From Thermoanaerobaculia bacterium (GTDB taxonomy: Bacteria; Acidobacteriota; Thermoanaerobaculia; UBA5066; Gp7-AA6): DNA of 64,000 nt. The stretch spans positions 3,304-67,303 of the forward strand of contig DATFQY010000222.1 of assembly GCA_035263845.1 (NCBI GenBank). The letters run 5' to 3'. Made by a program: the position numbers and the translations under genes. The notes beneath the pieces were generated by a model. The model ran no database searches. It was not told the origin of the DNA and was given only the letters and a program-made list of their open reading frames with translations. The stretch's first letter is position 1. Each line of letters begins with the position of its first letter. This document shows, in pieces, positions 36,493-44,514 of the stretch.

Positions 36493-37677
36493 ATGAAGCG
36501 GCCCGACCTCTCGGTCATCGTCGTTCACCACCGGGGACAGGAACATCTGATCGAGGCGCTCGACGCCCTGGCGGCCGCCTCGGGGGGTCCCTCTCTCGAG
36601 ACGATCCTGGTGGACAACACCGCCGGGCATCCGATCGAAGAGGTGCTCCGTCGCCACCCCACGATCCGCCGCGTCGCCGCGGGCCGAAACTCGGGCTTCG
36701 CGGCCGGGTGCCGCCTCGGCGCCGAAGCGGCCCGGGCGCCGCTGCTCGCCCTCGTCAACGACGACGCGGCGGTCGAGCCGCAGGCGCTCGGGTTCCTCGC
36801 GACGTCGCTCTCCGAGGCGCCGGAGGACGTCGTCGCGGTGGCCGGCCGGCTGGCGGATGTGTCGGGTGAGAAGAACGATTTCTCCGACGGCTTCCTGACC
36901 TTCGACGGGCACGCGTTCCAGAAGGACGTGGGGCGGCCCCTCGGCGCGCTCCCCGCCTCGGCCCCCGGGGAAGAGCGTCTGTTCGCCTGCGGCGGCCTGA
37001 TGGCGGTCCGCCGCCGGGAGTTTCTCGAGTCCGGGTTCGACGACGACTACTTCGCCTATCTCGAGGACGTGGATTTCGGCTGGAGGCAGTGGATCTTCGG
37101 CAAAAGGATTCTCGCGGAGCCTCGGGCCGTGGCGCGTCACCGCGGTGGAGCGACCGGCGAGGCCCTCGGCGTCTTCTCCCGCGGCTTCCTCTTCGAGAAG
37201 AACGCCTTTTCGACGGCCTACAAGAACTTCGACGCCGCGCACTTCCGGGCCTTCATGCCGGCCGTGCTGGCCGCCTTCGTCGGCCGGATCTCGGCGATGC
37301 TCGACGCGCGCAACCCTTCCGCGGAGGAGTTGAAGCGGGATCCGTACCTCGAGCCCACCCGCGATTCCGCGGGCTGGCGGCGGCTCTTCGGCATCGGCGC
37401 CAACGGGGCGGGTCGCGTCGCGATTGAGGACCCGCTGACGATCGCCCATCTCAAGGCGCTCCTCTGGATCCACCGCCACCACGAGTCGCTCGCCGCCAAG
37501 CGCCGCGCCGTGCAGGCGGGGCGGCGCCGGTCGGACTCGGAGATCTTCGCGAAGTTCCCGCTCCGCCTCGTGCCTACGTATCCCGGCGACGACCGGTTCG
37601 ACTCGGAGTTCTTCCGCGCCTTCCTCCCGGAGTCGCCGCCGCTCCTGCGGACGACGCTCGCGGAGATCTTCTCGTGA
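36493..37677 (+). CDS. Glycosyltransferase, GT2 family
   Basis: The N-terminus is LSVIVVHHRGQEHL. It has an LVNDDAAVEP (DxD) motif and GT2 hallmarks. Confidence 0.85.
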   Translation: MKRPDLSVIVVHHRGQEHLIEALDALAAASGGPSLETILVDNTAGHPIEEVLRRHPTIRRVAAGRNSGFAAGCRLGAEAARAPLLALVNDDAAVEPQALGFLATSLSEAPEDVVAVAGRLADVSGEKNDFSDGFLTFDGHAFQKDVGRPLGALPASAPGEERLFACGGLMAVRRREFLESGFDDDYFAYLEDVDFGWRQWIFGKRILAEPRAVARHRGGATGEALGVFSRGFLFEKNAFSTAYKNFDAAHFRAFMPAVLAAFVGRISAMLDARNPSAEELKRDPYLEPTRDSAGWRRLFGIGANGAGRVAIEDPLTIAHLKALLWIHRHHESLAAKRRAVQAGRRRSDSEIFAKFPLRLVPTYPGDDRFDSEFFRAFLPESPPLLRTTLAEIFS

Positions 37678-38627
37678 GCGTCGCGTTCTCCGTCGTCATC
37701 CCGACCTACCAGCGCCCCGAAACGCTCGGCCGCGTCCTGGAGTCGCTCGGCCGCCAGTCCGACGCCCCCGAGTTCGAGGTCGTCGTCGTGGACGACGGCT
37801 CGCGCGACCGAACCGCCGCGGTCCTCCGCGCGGCGGCGCCCCCCTATCCCTTCCGGTTCTTCCGCCAGGAGAACTCGGGACCCGCCGCGGCCCGCAACCG
37901 CGGCGTCGAGGAGGCGCGCGGCCGCTTCATCCTCTTCCTCGGCGACGACACGGTCCCGGAGCCGGAGCTGCTCTCGGTGCACGCCCGCGCCCACGCCGAG
38001 CCCCGCCCGCACCCGGCGGCCGTCCTCGGATACACGACCTGGCCCTACGAGCGGAGAGTCACGCCCTTCCTCGACCACATCAACGAGGACGGCCTGCAGT
38101 TCGGCTACCGGCTGATCCAGGACACCGAGTCGGTGCCGTTCAACTTCTTCTACACCTCGAACATCTCGCTGCCCCGGGCGCTGCTCCTCTCGGCCGGACT
38201 CTTCGACACGACATTTCCCCACGCCGCGTGGGAGGACATCGAGGTCGCCTACCGCATGATGAAGGCGGGGATGCGGATCGTCTACCGGCCCCGCGCCGTC
38301 GCCCGGCACTACCACGAGATCACGTTCGCGTCGTTCCGGCGGCGTCAGGAGAAGGCCGGCGAGGCCGCGGCGATCTTCTACGAGAAGCACCCGGAGCTCG
38401 GCCCGTTCCTGGCGGTGCCGCAGGCGCTCGAGTTCCGCGAAGTCGGAGGCGTCCGGGAGTGGGCGACACGGACCTGGGCCGGCCTCTGCGAGAGGTGGGA
38501 GGTTCCCGGGGGCAGAAAAGCCCTCGACCTCGTCTTACGGCGGGACTACCTGCGAGGCCTCAGCCGGGAGCTCCGCAAGCGGCAAGCGGCGCCGGTGGAG
38601 GCGCGATCCTTCGGCACTTCCGGGTGA
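37674..38627 (+). CDS. Glycosyltransferase, GT2 family
   Basis: The N-terminus is FSVVIPTYQRPETLGRVLESL. It has VVVDDGSRD and FLGDD motifs. Its GTG start overlaps the upstream stop. Confidence 0.85.
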   Translation: MSVAFSVVIPTYQRPETLGRVLESLGRQSDAPEFEVVVVDDGSRDRTAAVLRAAAPPYPFRFFRQENSGPAAARNRGVEEARGRFILFLGDDTVPEPELLSVHARAHAEPRPHPAAVLGYTTWPYERRVTPFLDHINEDGLQFGYRLIQDTESVPFNFFYTSNISLPRALLLSAGLFDTTFPHAAWEDIEVAYRMMKAGMRIVYRPRAVARHYHEITFASFRRRQEKAGEAAAIFYEKHPELGPFLAVPQALEFREVGGVREWATRTWAGLCERWEVPGGRKALDLVLRRDYLRGLSRELRKRQAAPVEARSFGTSG

Positions 38628-38733
38628 CGATGTGACCTTTTCGGAGGTCAGTGAGAGGTTTGGAGGCTTTGGATGTCAGTTCTCAACTCTTTGAGAGGAA
38701 TGGGTTTGTCGCTGTCCTGATGGTTTGGCACTC

Positions 38734-38749
38734 TGGTCCTGGTCTTGCT
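38734..38749 (+). promoter_or_regulatory. Possible sigma-54 promoter TGGTCC-N5-TTGCT (GG/GC spacing correct, 2 mismatches in the -24 box) 27 nt upstream of the PEGA-protein ATG
   Basis: It was read from the sequence. It is weaker than the exact match at 12049. Confidence 0.25.
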
Positions 38750-38775
38750 ATTCATTCACGCGGGAGGCGACTGCG

Positions 38776-39804
38776 ATGAAACGACAGGGACTGATTTATC
38801 CGCTGGCGTTCGCCCTGACGCTGCTGCTTGCTGCGGCCGCGCAGGCTGCTCCGCGCGGTGGAGGCGGTGGCGGGCACGGCGGCGGAGGCCACGGCGGCGG
38901 GGGCGGCCATGGAGGTCATGGCGGTCACGGCGGCCATGGCCACGGTGTCGTGGTCGTCGGCGGCGGATGGGGTTGGGGGTGGGGCTGGGGCTGGGGTTAT
39001 CCCGGCTACTACGGCGGCTACTACGGCGACGGGTACGGTTACGGCCCGGGCGCCGGCTACGGATGGGCCGCGATCGATACCGACGTTGCTCCCGAGGAGG
39101 CCGTGGTCTACCTCGATGGCAGACCGATCGGCACCGCCGATGATTTCGACGGCTATCCCGACTACCTCTTCCTGGGGCCGGGCCACTACAAGATCGAGTT
39201 CCGGCTCGACGGTTACCAGCCCCTGGTGAAGGAAGTGGACGCGCAACCCGGGATGTACATCGACTTCACGGATAAGATGGCGCACATCCCGGGCGTGAAG
39301 CCCAATCCCGCCAACGACGCCAAGATCGAGGGCCCGGTACAGCGCTACTTCATGAAGAGGCAGCGCGGCGGGAATCGCGGCACCATGCCGGCTCCCAACG
39401 GCCCGGACGGATACGGCCACGGGGATGTCGAGGTCGGGCCGCCAGGACAGCCTCCCGCCGACGGAGGTGACGACGGTTACGATCAGCCTCCGCCGCCTCC
39501 GGCGCGCGCGCCCTCGGCTCAGCCCCGGAACGGCAACGGCGATTCGTGGCGCGGCAATCAGTACCAGCGGGTCCAGGCCCGGACCCGGCTCTACCTGACG
39601 GTCGAGCCTCCGGACTCCGCCGTTTACATCGATAACCGGTTCGTGGGAACGGGCGAGGAGGTCAACTCCATCGACCGCGGCCTCACGGTGACGCCGGGCC
39701 ACCACGTGGTGACGGTGTCGAGGCCGGGCTTCCGCGAGAAATCGCTGGAGGTGACGGTCGAGGAAGGCAAGGCCGGCAACCTGGAGATCTCGCTCACGAA
39801 GTAG
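38776..39804 (+). CDS. Secreted protein with a His/Gly-rich low-complexity region, GW repeats and two PEGA domains
   Basis: The signal peptide is MKRQGLIYPLAFALTLLLAAAAQAAP. The low-complexity stretch is GGGGGGHGGGGHGGGGGHGGHGGHGGHGHG, followed by GWGWGWGWGWGYPGYYGGYYGDGYGYG. Two PEGA-like beta-sandwich domains are present (AVVYLDGRPIGTAD...GHYKIEFRLDGYQPLVKEV and AVYIDNRFVGTGE...GHHVVTVSRPGFREKSLEV). A strong terminator follows. Confidence 0.85.
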   Translation: MKRQGLIYPLAFALTLLLAAAAQAAPRGGGGGGHGGGGHGGGGGHGGHGGHGGHGHGVVVVGGGWGWGWGWGWGYPGYYGGYYGDGYGYGPGAGYGWAAIDTDVAPEEAVVYLDGRPIGTADDFDGYPDYLFLGPGHYKIEFRLDGYQPLVKEVDAQPGMYIDFTDKMAHIPGVKPNPANDAKIEGPVQRYFMKRQRGGNRGTMPAPNGPDGYGHGDVEVGPPGQPPADGGDDGYDQPPPPPARAPSAQPRNGNGDSWRGNQYQRVQARTRLYLTVEPPDSAVYIDNRFVGTGEEVNSIDRGLTVTPGHHVVTVSRPGFREKSLEVTVEEGKAGNLEISLTK

Positions 39805-39825
39805 CTCAAGGTATTGTCGAAACCC

Positions 39826-39857
39826 CGGAGCGGGGCCCGGCCCCGCTCTTTTTTTGT
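39826..39857 (+). terminator. Rho-independent terminator (GAGCGGGG-cccgg-CCCCGCTC followed by TTTTTTT)
   Basis: It is a GC-rich hairpin followed by a T7 run. Confidence 0.8.
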
Positions 39858-40082
39858 GCGTTTTTTGGCCCTTGCGTGGCGGAATGTCGAATCTTGTATA
39901 CTCGGGCCCACTCGAAGGAGTCGCTCGGGGGGGTGGGTCTGGGCGATGGCTTTTCCGATGTCTGTCACGCCTTGACCAGTCCGTACTCTCAGGTCCGCTC
40001 TCTCTCAGGTCCCTCCGATACCGTCTCCAGATCCGAGCCTCGGGGGGCTCCTTCGAGCTTTCCCGCATCCCCGTCCCCTCTT

Positions 40083-40215
40083 GTCAACCCGAGCGAGGCC
40101 GAAAGCCAGCGAAGGATCTTCTCGACCGAGCCGCGCTGGAGCCTTTCACGCAGCTCTCCACCAAGATCCTTCCCTCGGCTTCGCTTGCGACTCGCTTCGC
40201 GTTCCTCAGGATGAC
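40083..40215. repeat. MITE/REP-like intergenic repeat, copy 2 (GTCAACCCGAG...CCTCAGGATGAC)
   Basis: It shares its core and inverted termini with copy 1 (13957-14073). Its 3' end supplies the last codons and the stop of holB. Confidence 0.7.
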
Positions 40216-41135
40216 AACGGGACCGACGCGAAGAGGTCCAGGAGAACCGACTCGTAGTGGAGGCGCTTGTTGCCCCGGCGGTTGTCGGGAGGGGCGTCGG
40301 CGGCCTTGACGGCGGCGCGGCGCAGGGCCTCCGCCGGCACCGTCCGGGCGAGGTTGAGGATCCCCGCGGCGGCGGACCGATGCCGGAGCAGCTCGCTCGA
40401 ACCGGCCGACGCGACGGCCGCGTCCGCGAGGATCTCCGGGAAAAGCCTCGCGCGGTCGGCGTCGGCCTGGGCGAGGGCCTCGGCGAGAAGGAGAAGGGGA
40501 GCGACGGCGCGGCGCGCGAGGCCGGCTTCGAGGGCCGCGAGTATGTTCGCCCGCCAGGCCCGGTGTTCTTCGAGGACCTCGGCCGCCTGCCGCGGGTCCT
40601 CGAGGTCGATGTCCACGAGCTCCGCAGCGTCCTCGGCCGGGAATCCCCGTGAGACCCAGGCCTCGGTCCGCTCGGCGCGCGACTCCCGCGGCAGCGGCAC
40701 GGCGACGCAGCGCGACCGGACCGTCGGGAGGAGCGCCTCCGCCCGCGTCGTCGTCAGGATCCAGTGGAAGTGCCGGCCCGGTTCCTCCAGCGTCTTCAAG
40801 AGCGCGTTGGCCGCCTCGGCGCCCAGCATCTCCGCGCGCGAGACGATCGCCACTCGCCGCGAGGACTCGTACGGCTTTCCGGCCCCGAACCCGACCGCCT
40901 CCCGGACGCCGTCGATGCGGATCTGCACGCCCTGGGGTTGGACCACCGTCAGGTCCGGATGGAGCCCCGCGATCGCGCGACGGCAGGAGCCGCATCGCCA
41001 GCCCGGGTCTTCCGACGGACAGAGCAGGATCGCGGCGAGCCTCCGCGCCTCCTCCTCCAGCCGCGCCGCCGAGGGGCCCGTCAGCAGGAGCGCTCCCGGA
41101 AACCTCCCTGGCGTCTCCGCGAGCCGCTCGAGCAC
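40206..41135 (-). CDS. holB: DNA polymerase III delta-prime subunit
   Basis: It is AAA+-like with degenerate Walker motifs: ALLLTGPSAARLEEEARRLAAILLC, the zinc module CxxC (GWRCGSCR), HPDL, and SRC in TVRSRCVAVPL. The GTG start at 41135 was chosen 11 nt downstream of the tmk stop. The long N-terminal extension in the ORF track is an antisense overlap with tmk. Confidence 0.75.
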   Translation of the reverse strand: MLERLAETPGRFPGALLLTGPSAARLEEEARRLAAILLCPSEDPGWRCGSCRRAIAGLHPDLTVVQPQGVQIRIDGVREAVGFGAGKPYESSRRVAIVSRAEMLGAEAANALLKTLEEPGRHFHWILTTTRAEALLPTVRSRCVAVPLPRESRAERTEAWVSRGFPAEDAAELVDIDLEDPRQAAEVLEEHRAWRANILAALEAGLARRAVAPLLLLAEALAQADADRARLFPEILADAAVASAGSSELLRHRSAAAGILNLARTVPAEALRRAAVKAADAPPDNRRGNKRLHYESVLLDLFASVPLSS

Positions 41136-41146
41136 CGCCGCGCCGC

Positions 41147-41785
41147 TCAGAGGGAGAACCTCTCGGAGAGGATGCGCCAGGTCCTTTCGAAGATTTCCTC
41201 GCGGGGCGCGTCGGAGCGGATGACCCGCACGCGTTCCGGCTCGCGGGTCGCGATCGCAAGGTAAGCCTCCCGGACCCGCTCGTGGAAGGCGAGCTCGACC
41301 GCCTCGAAGCGCCCCGACACGCCGCCGTCGCGGGCCCGAGCGCGGGCGAGGCCCGAGACCGCGTCCACGTCGTAGAGCAGCGTCAGGTCGGGCACGAGGC
41401 CGTCCCGGGCGATCGAGTCCACGAGGCGGACCGCGACAGCGTCCAGGCCCCGGCCATGCTGCTGGTAGGCCTCGGTCGCGTCGGAGTAGCGGTCGCACAG
41501 GACGAAAGCCCCGCGCGCGAGGGCGGGCCGGAGGATTTCCCGGACGTGCTGGCGGCGGTCCGCTTCCAGCAGCAGCCACTCGGTCACGGAGTCGAGCCCG
41601 GAGTTCTCAGCGTTCAGCAGGATCTCCCGGAGCGTCTCTCCGACCCGCGTACCTCCCGGCTCGCGCGTCGCGACGACGTCGCGCCCGAGCCGGCGCAGGC
41701 GCTCGGCGGAGAGCCGCACCTGGGTGGATTTGCCCGATCCCTCGCCCCCTTCGAACGTGACGAACGGCACCGGGCAAGGATACAA
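41147..41785 (-). CDS. tmk: Thymidylate kinase
   Basis: It has the P-loop FEGGEGSGKST, a DRY-like motif, and a lid region. Confidence 0.9.
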   Translation of the reverse strand: MYPCPVPFVTFEGGEGSGKSTQVRLSAERLRRLGRDVVATREPGGTRVGETLREILLNAENSGLDSVTEWLLLEADRRQHVREILRPALARGAFVLCDRYSDATEAYQQHGRGLDAVAVRLVDSIARDGLVPDLTLLYDVDAVSGLARARARDGGVSGRFEAVELAFHERVREAYLAIATREPERVRVIRSDAPREEIFERTWRILSERFSL

Positions 41786-41841
41786 GGACGGCCGGGCGGG
41801 ACTTCTCCCGTAACATTCTCTGTTTGGGGGGTACCAGGAGC

Positions 41842-44430
41842 ATGACGGGCGTCGGAGCGGAGGAGCGCGCCAGGCGCGCGGGGTCGCTGCGGGGCTGGTT
41901 CTACGCCGTCGGGCTGATCGGCCTGGCCATCGCCGTTGCGTCCATCGCGGACATGTTCTCGGCGCGGCCCAACGACGGCATCGTCCCGGTCCCGTACCGC
42001 AGCGGCGGCATCGAGGTCCGCATGGTCGCTCCGGGCGGCGCCGCGGAGAAGGCCGGGATCACCGCGGGCGACTGCATCCTGGGCCTCGCCAACCACCTGG
42101 TCAACTCGATCTCCGACGCCTCGCGCGAGCTGCGCCGCCACCAGATCGGGGAGACCGTCCCGTACCTCGTCCGCCGGGGGCCCTGTGCCTCCCCGGGAAT
42201 GACGGCGGGCGCCGGAGGCGGAGAGCTCCGGACCGTTCCGGTCAAGCTCTCGTCGATCCGGCTCGGGGGGACGACCTACCTCTATGCCGCCGTGCTCGGC
42301 TTCCTCTTCTTCTTCATCGGGTTCTTCGTGTTCGCGCGGCGGCCCGACGACCGCTCCGCCCAGGTCTTCTTCCTGCTGTGCGTCCTCTTCCTGCTCTTCT
42401 TCGTCTGCCGGCTGCGCCCCGCCTCCTACTGGTGGATCGACGTTTTCGTGCAGAACACGGGGACGGTCAGCCTCTTCCTCCTGCCCGCCGTCTTCCTCCA
42501 CTTCTTCCTGATCTTTCCCAGGCCCAAGGTGTTCACCTTCGCCGACCGCGACGAGTGGAGCGACGAGGCGCCGGGCTGGAAGAAGAAGCTCGAGGAGTTC
42601 CTCTCGGCGAGCCCCGCGCTCTTCTACCTGATCTACTCGATTCCGCCGGTCGTCTTCCTCTACGACGTCTTCCGGCAGCTCCAGGGCCGGCGCGTCTCGA
42701 TCCTCTCGGGAGCACCGCTGTCCTCCTGGGTCCTGCTCGGCGACTACCTGATCCTGGGGCTCGCGGCCCTGGCCCACTCGGCGTTCACCCTGCGCGAGCC
42801 CTCCGAGAGGCGGCAGGCCTTCCACGTCCTCGTCGGAACGATCCTCGGCACGACGCCCTTCGTGCTGCTGGGCATCGTCCTGCCGTCGCTCTTCAACAAC
42901 GACGACTACGTCTTCTACGGCATCGTCCCGATGATCCTGATCCCGCTGACGTTCGCCTACGCGATCGTCCGCTTCCAGATGCTCAACATCCGGCTGGTCG
43001 TGCGCCGGACGTTCCTCTACGCCGGGACGACGGCGATCCTCTTCGGCTTCTACATCGCGGCGATCGCAACTGCCAACGCGCTCTTCGCCGAGCGGCTCTC
43101 GGCCTCCCCGATCTTCAATTTCGGCTTTTTCCTCGTGGTCGTGCCGCTCTTCGAACTGCTGCGCCGGCGGCTCCAGACGCCGCTGGACAAGCTCTTCTTC
43201 CGGGAGAAGTTCGACTACCAGGCGGCGCTGCTCGAGATGAGCGAGGCCATCACGGGAGAGCTGGACCTCGGGAAGATCACCGACTACCTGACCGCGAGCG
43301 TGACCGCGACGATGCGACTGGAGCGCGCCTCCGTCTGGCTGCGGGACCGGGACGGGTTCCTCGAGCGGCGGGGAAGGCGAGAGGACCGCCTCTCGCCCGA
43401 CGCCGATCTGCGGCGGGTCCTGCGCCGCGAGGGCAAGCCCGTCGGGCTGGAGGAGCTGTCGCTCTCCTTCGCCGACGAGGAGAGCCAGGCCTTCCGCGAG
43501 CGGCTCTCCGAGGAGGGGTTCAAGCTGGTCGTTCCGCTCGTCTACCGGGAGCGGCTGATGGGGCTCCTGGCGCTGAAAGAAAAGCTCTCGGGCGAGCGGT
43601 TCGACCGCGAGGACCGCTCGCTCCTCTCCACCCTCGCCAACCAGGCCGCCCTCGCCATCGAGACCGCGCTGCTCCACGACGAGATGACCCGGCAGGCGGA
43701 GTTCCGACGCGACCTCGAGATCGCCCGCGACATCCAGTCGAGCCTTCTGCCGCGGTCGGTCCCGATCCTGCCGGGGTTCGAGCTGCTCGGAGGGAGCCTC
43801 CCCGCGCGCATCGTCGGCGGCGACTTCTACGACTTCATCCCGTTCGAGGACCGCTCGCTGGGCGTCGTCATCGGCGACGTCTCGGGCAAGTCGGTCCCCG
43901 CGTCGCTCCTGATGGTCGCCTCCAAGGAGATCGTCTACTCCCGCGCCTTGACGACCCGCGACCCGGGCGTCCTTTTCCAGGAGTCCAACCGGCGCATCTA
44001 CTCGATCAAGAGGCGGATGTTCGTCTCGCTCGGCTACTTCGTCCTGGATCCCGACGCGATGAGCCTGCGGTACGCGATCGGGGGGCAGCCGCTGCCGATC
44101 CTGCTGCGCTCGGGCGACGGGGGGCCCCGGCCGCTCGACCCGCCCGAGCACCGGCTGCCGCTCGGGGCCTTCCGGGAGGTCCCCTACGACACCCGCGAGA
44201 TCTACTTGAAGCGCGGGGACCTGATCTTCTTCTACACGGACGGGTTCTCCGAAGCCATGGACGAATCCATGAATCCGTACGGGGAGGAGCGCCTGATGAA
44301 GTCACTGGCCGCCCGGCAGGGGGAGAGCCTGGAGGACCTGGCCAACGGAATCCTGGCGGACATCCGCAAGCACGTGGGCGGTGCCGAACAGTACGACGAC
44401 ATGACGTTCCTGCTCCTGAAAGTGCAATGA
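41842..44430 (+). CDS. Membrane sensor PP2C (SpoIIE-type) phosphatase: TM-PDZ-multipass membrane module-GAF-PP2C
   Basis: It has an ATG after CCAGGAG. A PDZ-like segment (AEKAGITAGDCILGLANHLV) follows the first TM, and there are at least 8 hydrophobic segments. The membrane module is clearly homologous to that of the histidine kinase at 4707-7472: LHFFLIFPRPK versus LHFFLVFPKS, and IPLTFAYAIVRFQMLNIRLVV versus IPLAFAYAILKWRLWDVEIFV. A GAF domain and PP2C motifs follow (GGDFYDF, GDVSGKSVPASLLM, FYTDGFSEA). The 845 aa ORF on the opposite strand is a shadow. Confidence 0.85.
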   Translation: MTGVGAEERARRAGSLRGWFYAVGLIGLAIAVASIADMFSARPNDGIVPVPYRSGGIEVRMVAPGGAAEKAGITAGDCILGLANHLVNSISDASRELRRHQIGETVPYLVRRGPCASPGMTAGAGGGELRTVPVKLSSIRLGGTTYLYAAVLGFLFFFIGFFVFARRPDDRSAQVFFLLCVLFLLFFVCRLRPASYWWIDVFVQNTGTVSLFLLPAVFLHFFLIFPRPKVFTFADRDEWSDEAPGWKKKLEEFLSASPALFYLIYSIPPVVFLYDVFRQLQGRRVSILSGAPLSSWVLLGDYLILGLAALAHSAFTLREPSERRQAFHVLVGTILGTTPFVLLGIVLPSLFNNDDYVFYGIVPMILIPLTFAYAIVRFQMLNIRLVVRRTFLYAGTTAILFGFYIAAIATANALFAERLSASPIFNFGFFLVVVPLFELLRRRLQTPLDKLFFREKFDYQAALLEMSEAITGELDLGKITDYLTASVTATMRLERASVWLRDRDGFLERRGRREDRLSPDADLRRVLRREGKPVGLEELSLSFADEESQAFRERLSEEGFKLVVPLVYRERLMGLLALKEKLSGERFDREDRSLLSTLANQAALAIETALLHDEMTRQAEFRRDLEIARDIQSSLLPRSVPILPGFELLGGSLPARIVGGDFYDFIPFEDRSLGVVIGDVSGKSVPASLLMVASKEIVYSRALTTRDPGVLFQESNRRIYSIKRRMFVSLGYFVLDPDAMSLRYAIGGQPLPILLRSGDGGPRPLDPPEHRLPLGAFREVPYDTREIYLKRGDLIFFYTDGFSEAMDESMNPYGEERLMKSLAARQGESLEDLANGILADIRKHVGGAEQYDDMTFLLLKVQ

Positions 44431-44514
44431 GATCAAGGAGGAACGACCGCCTCCTGCCAGGATAGGGGGACCCCTCATGGGGAGGGTGAAACCTAGGGGA
44501 TTGGAGGCCGTAAT

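Noticed and set aside
38880-39060. Nucleotide-level tandem repeats (GGCGGCCATGG..., TGGGGCTGGGGCTGGGG)
   Set aside because: They are coding repeats for the His-Gly and GW tracts of the PEGA protein. They are not a CRISPR array or a non-coding satellite.
39872-39902. TTGCGT-N19-TATACT sigma-70-like promoter after the PEGA-gene terminator
   Set aside because: The 19-nt spacer is too long, and there is no plus-strand gene downstream for 2 kb.
41614-44151. 845 aa minus-strand ORF overlapping the membrane PP2C gene
   Set aside because: The plus-strand product has TM, PDZ, GAF and PP2C motifs. The minus-strand translation is low-complexity and Arg/Asp/Glu-rich.
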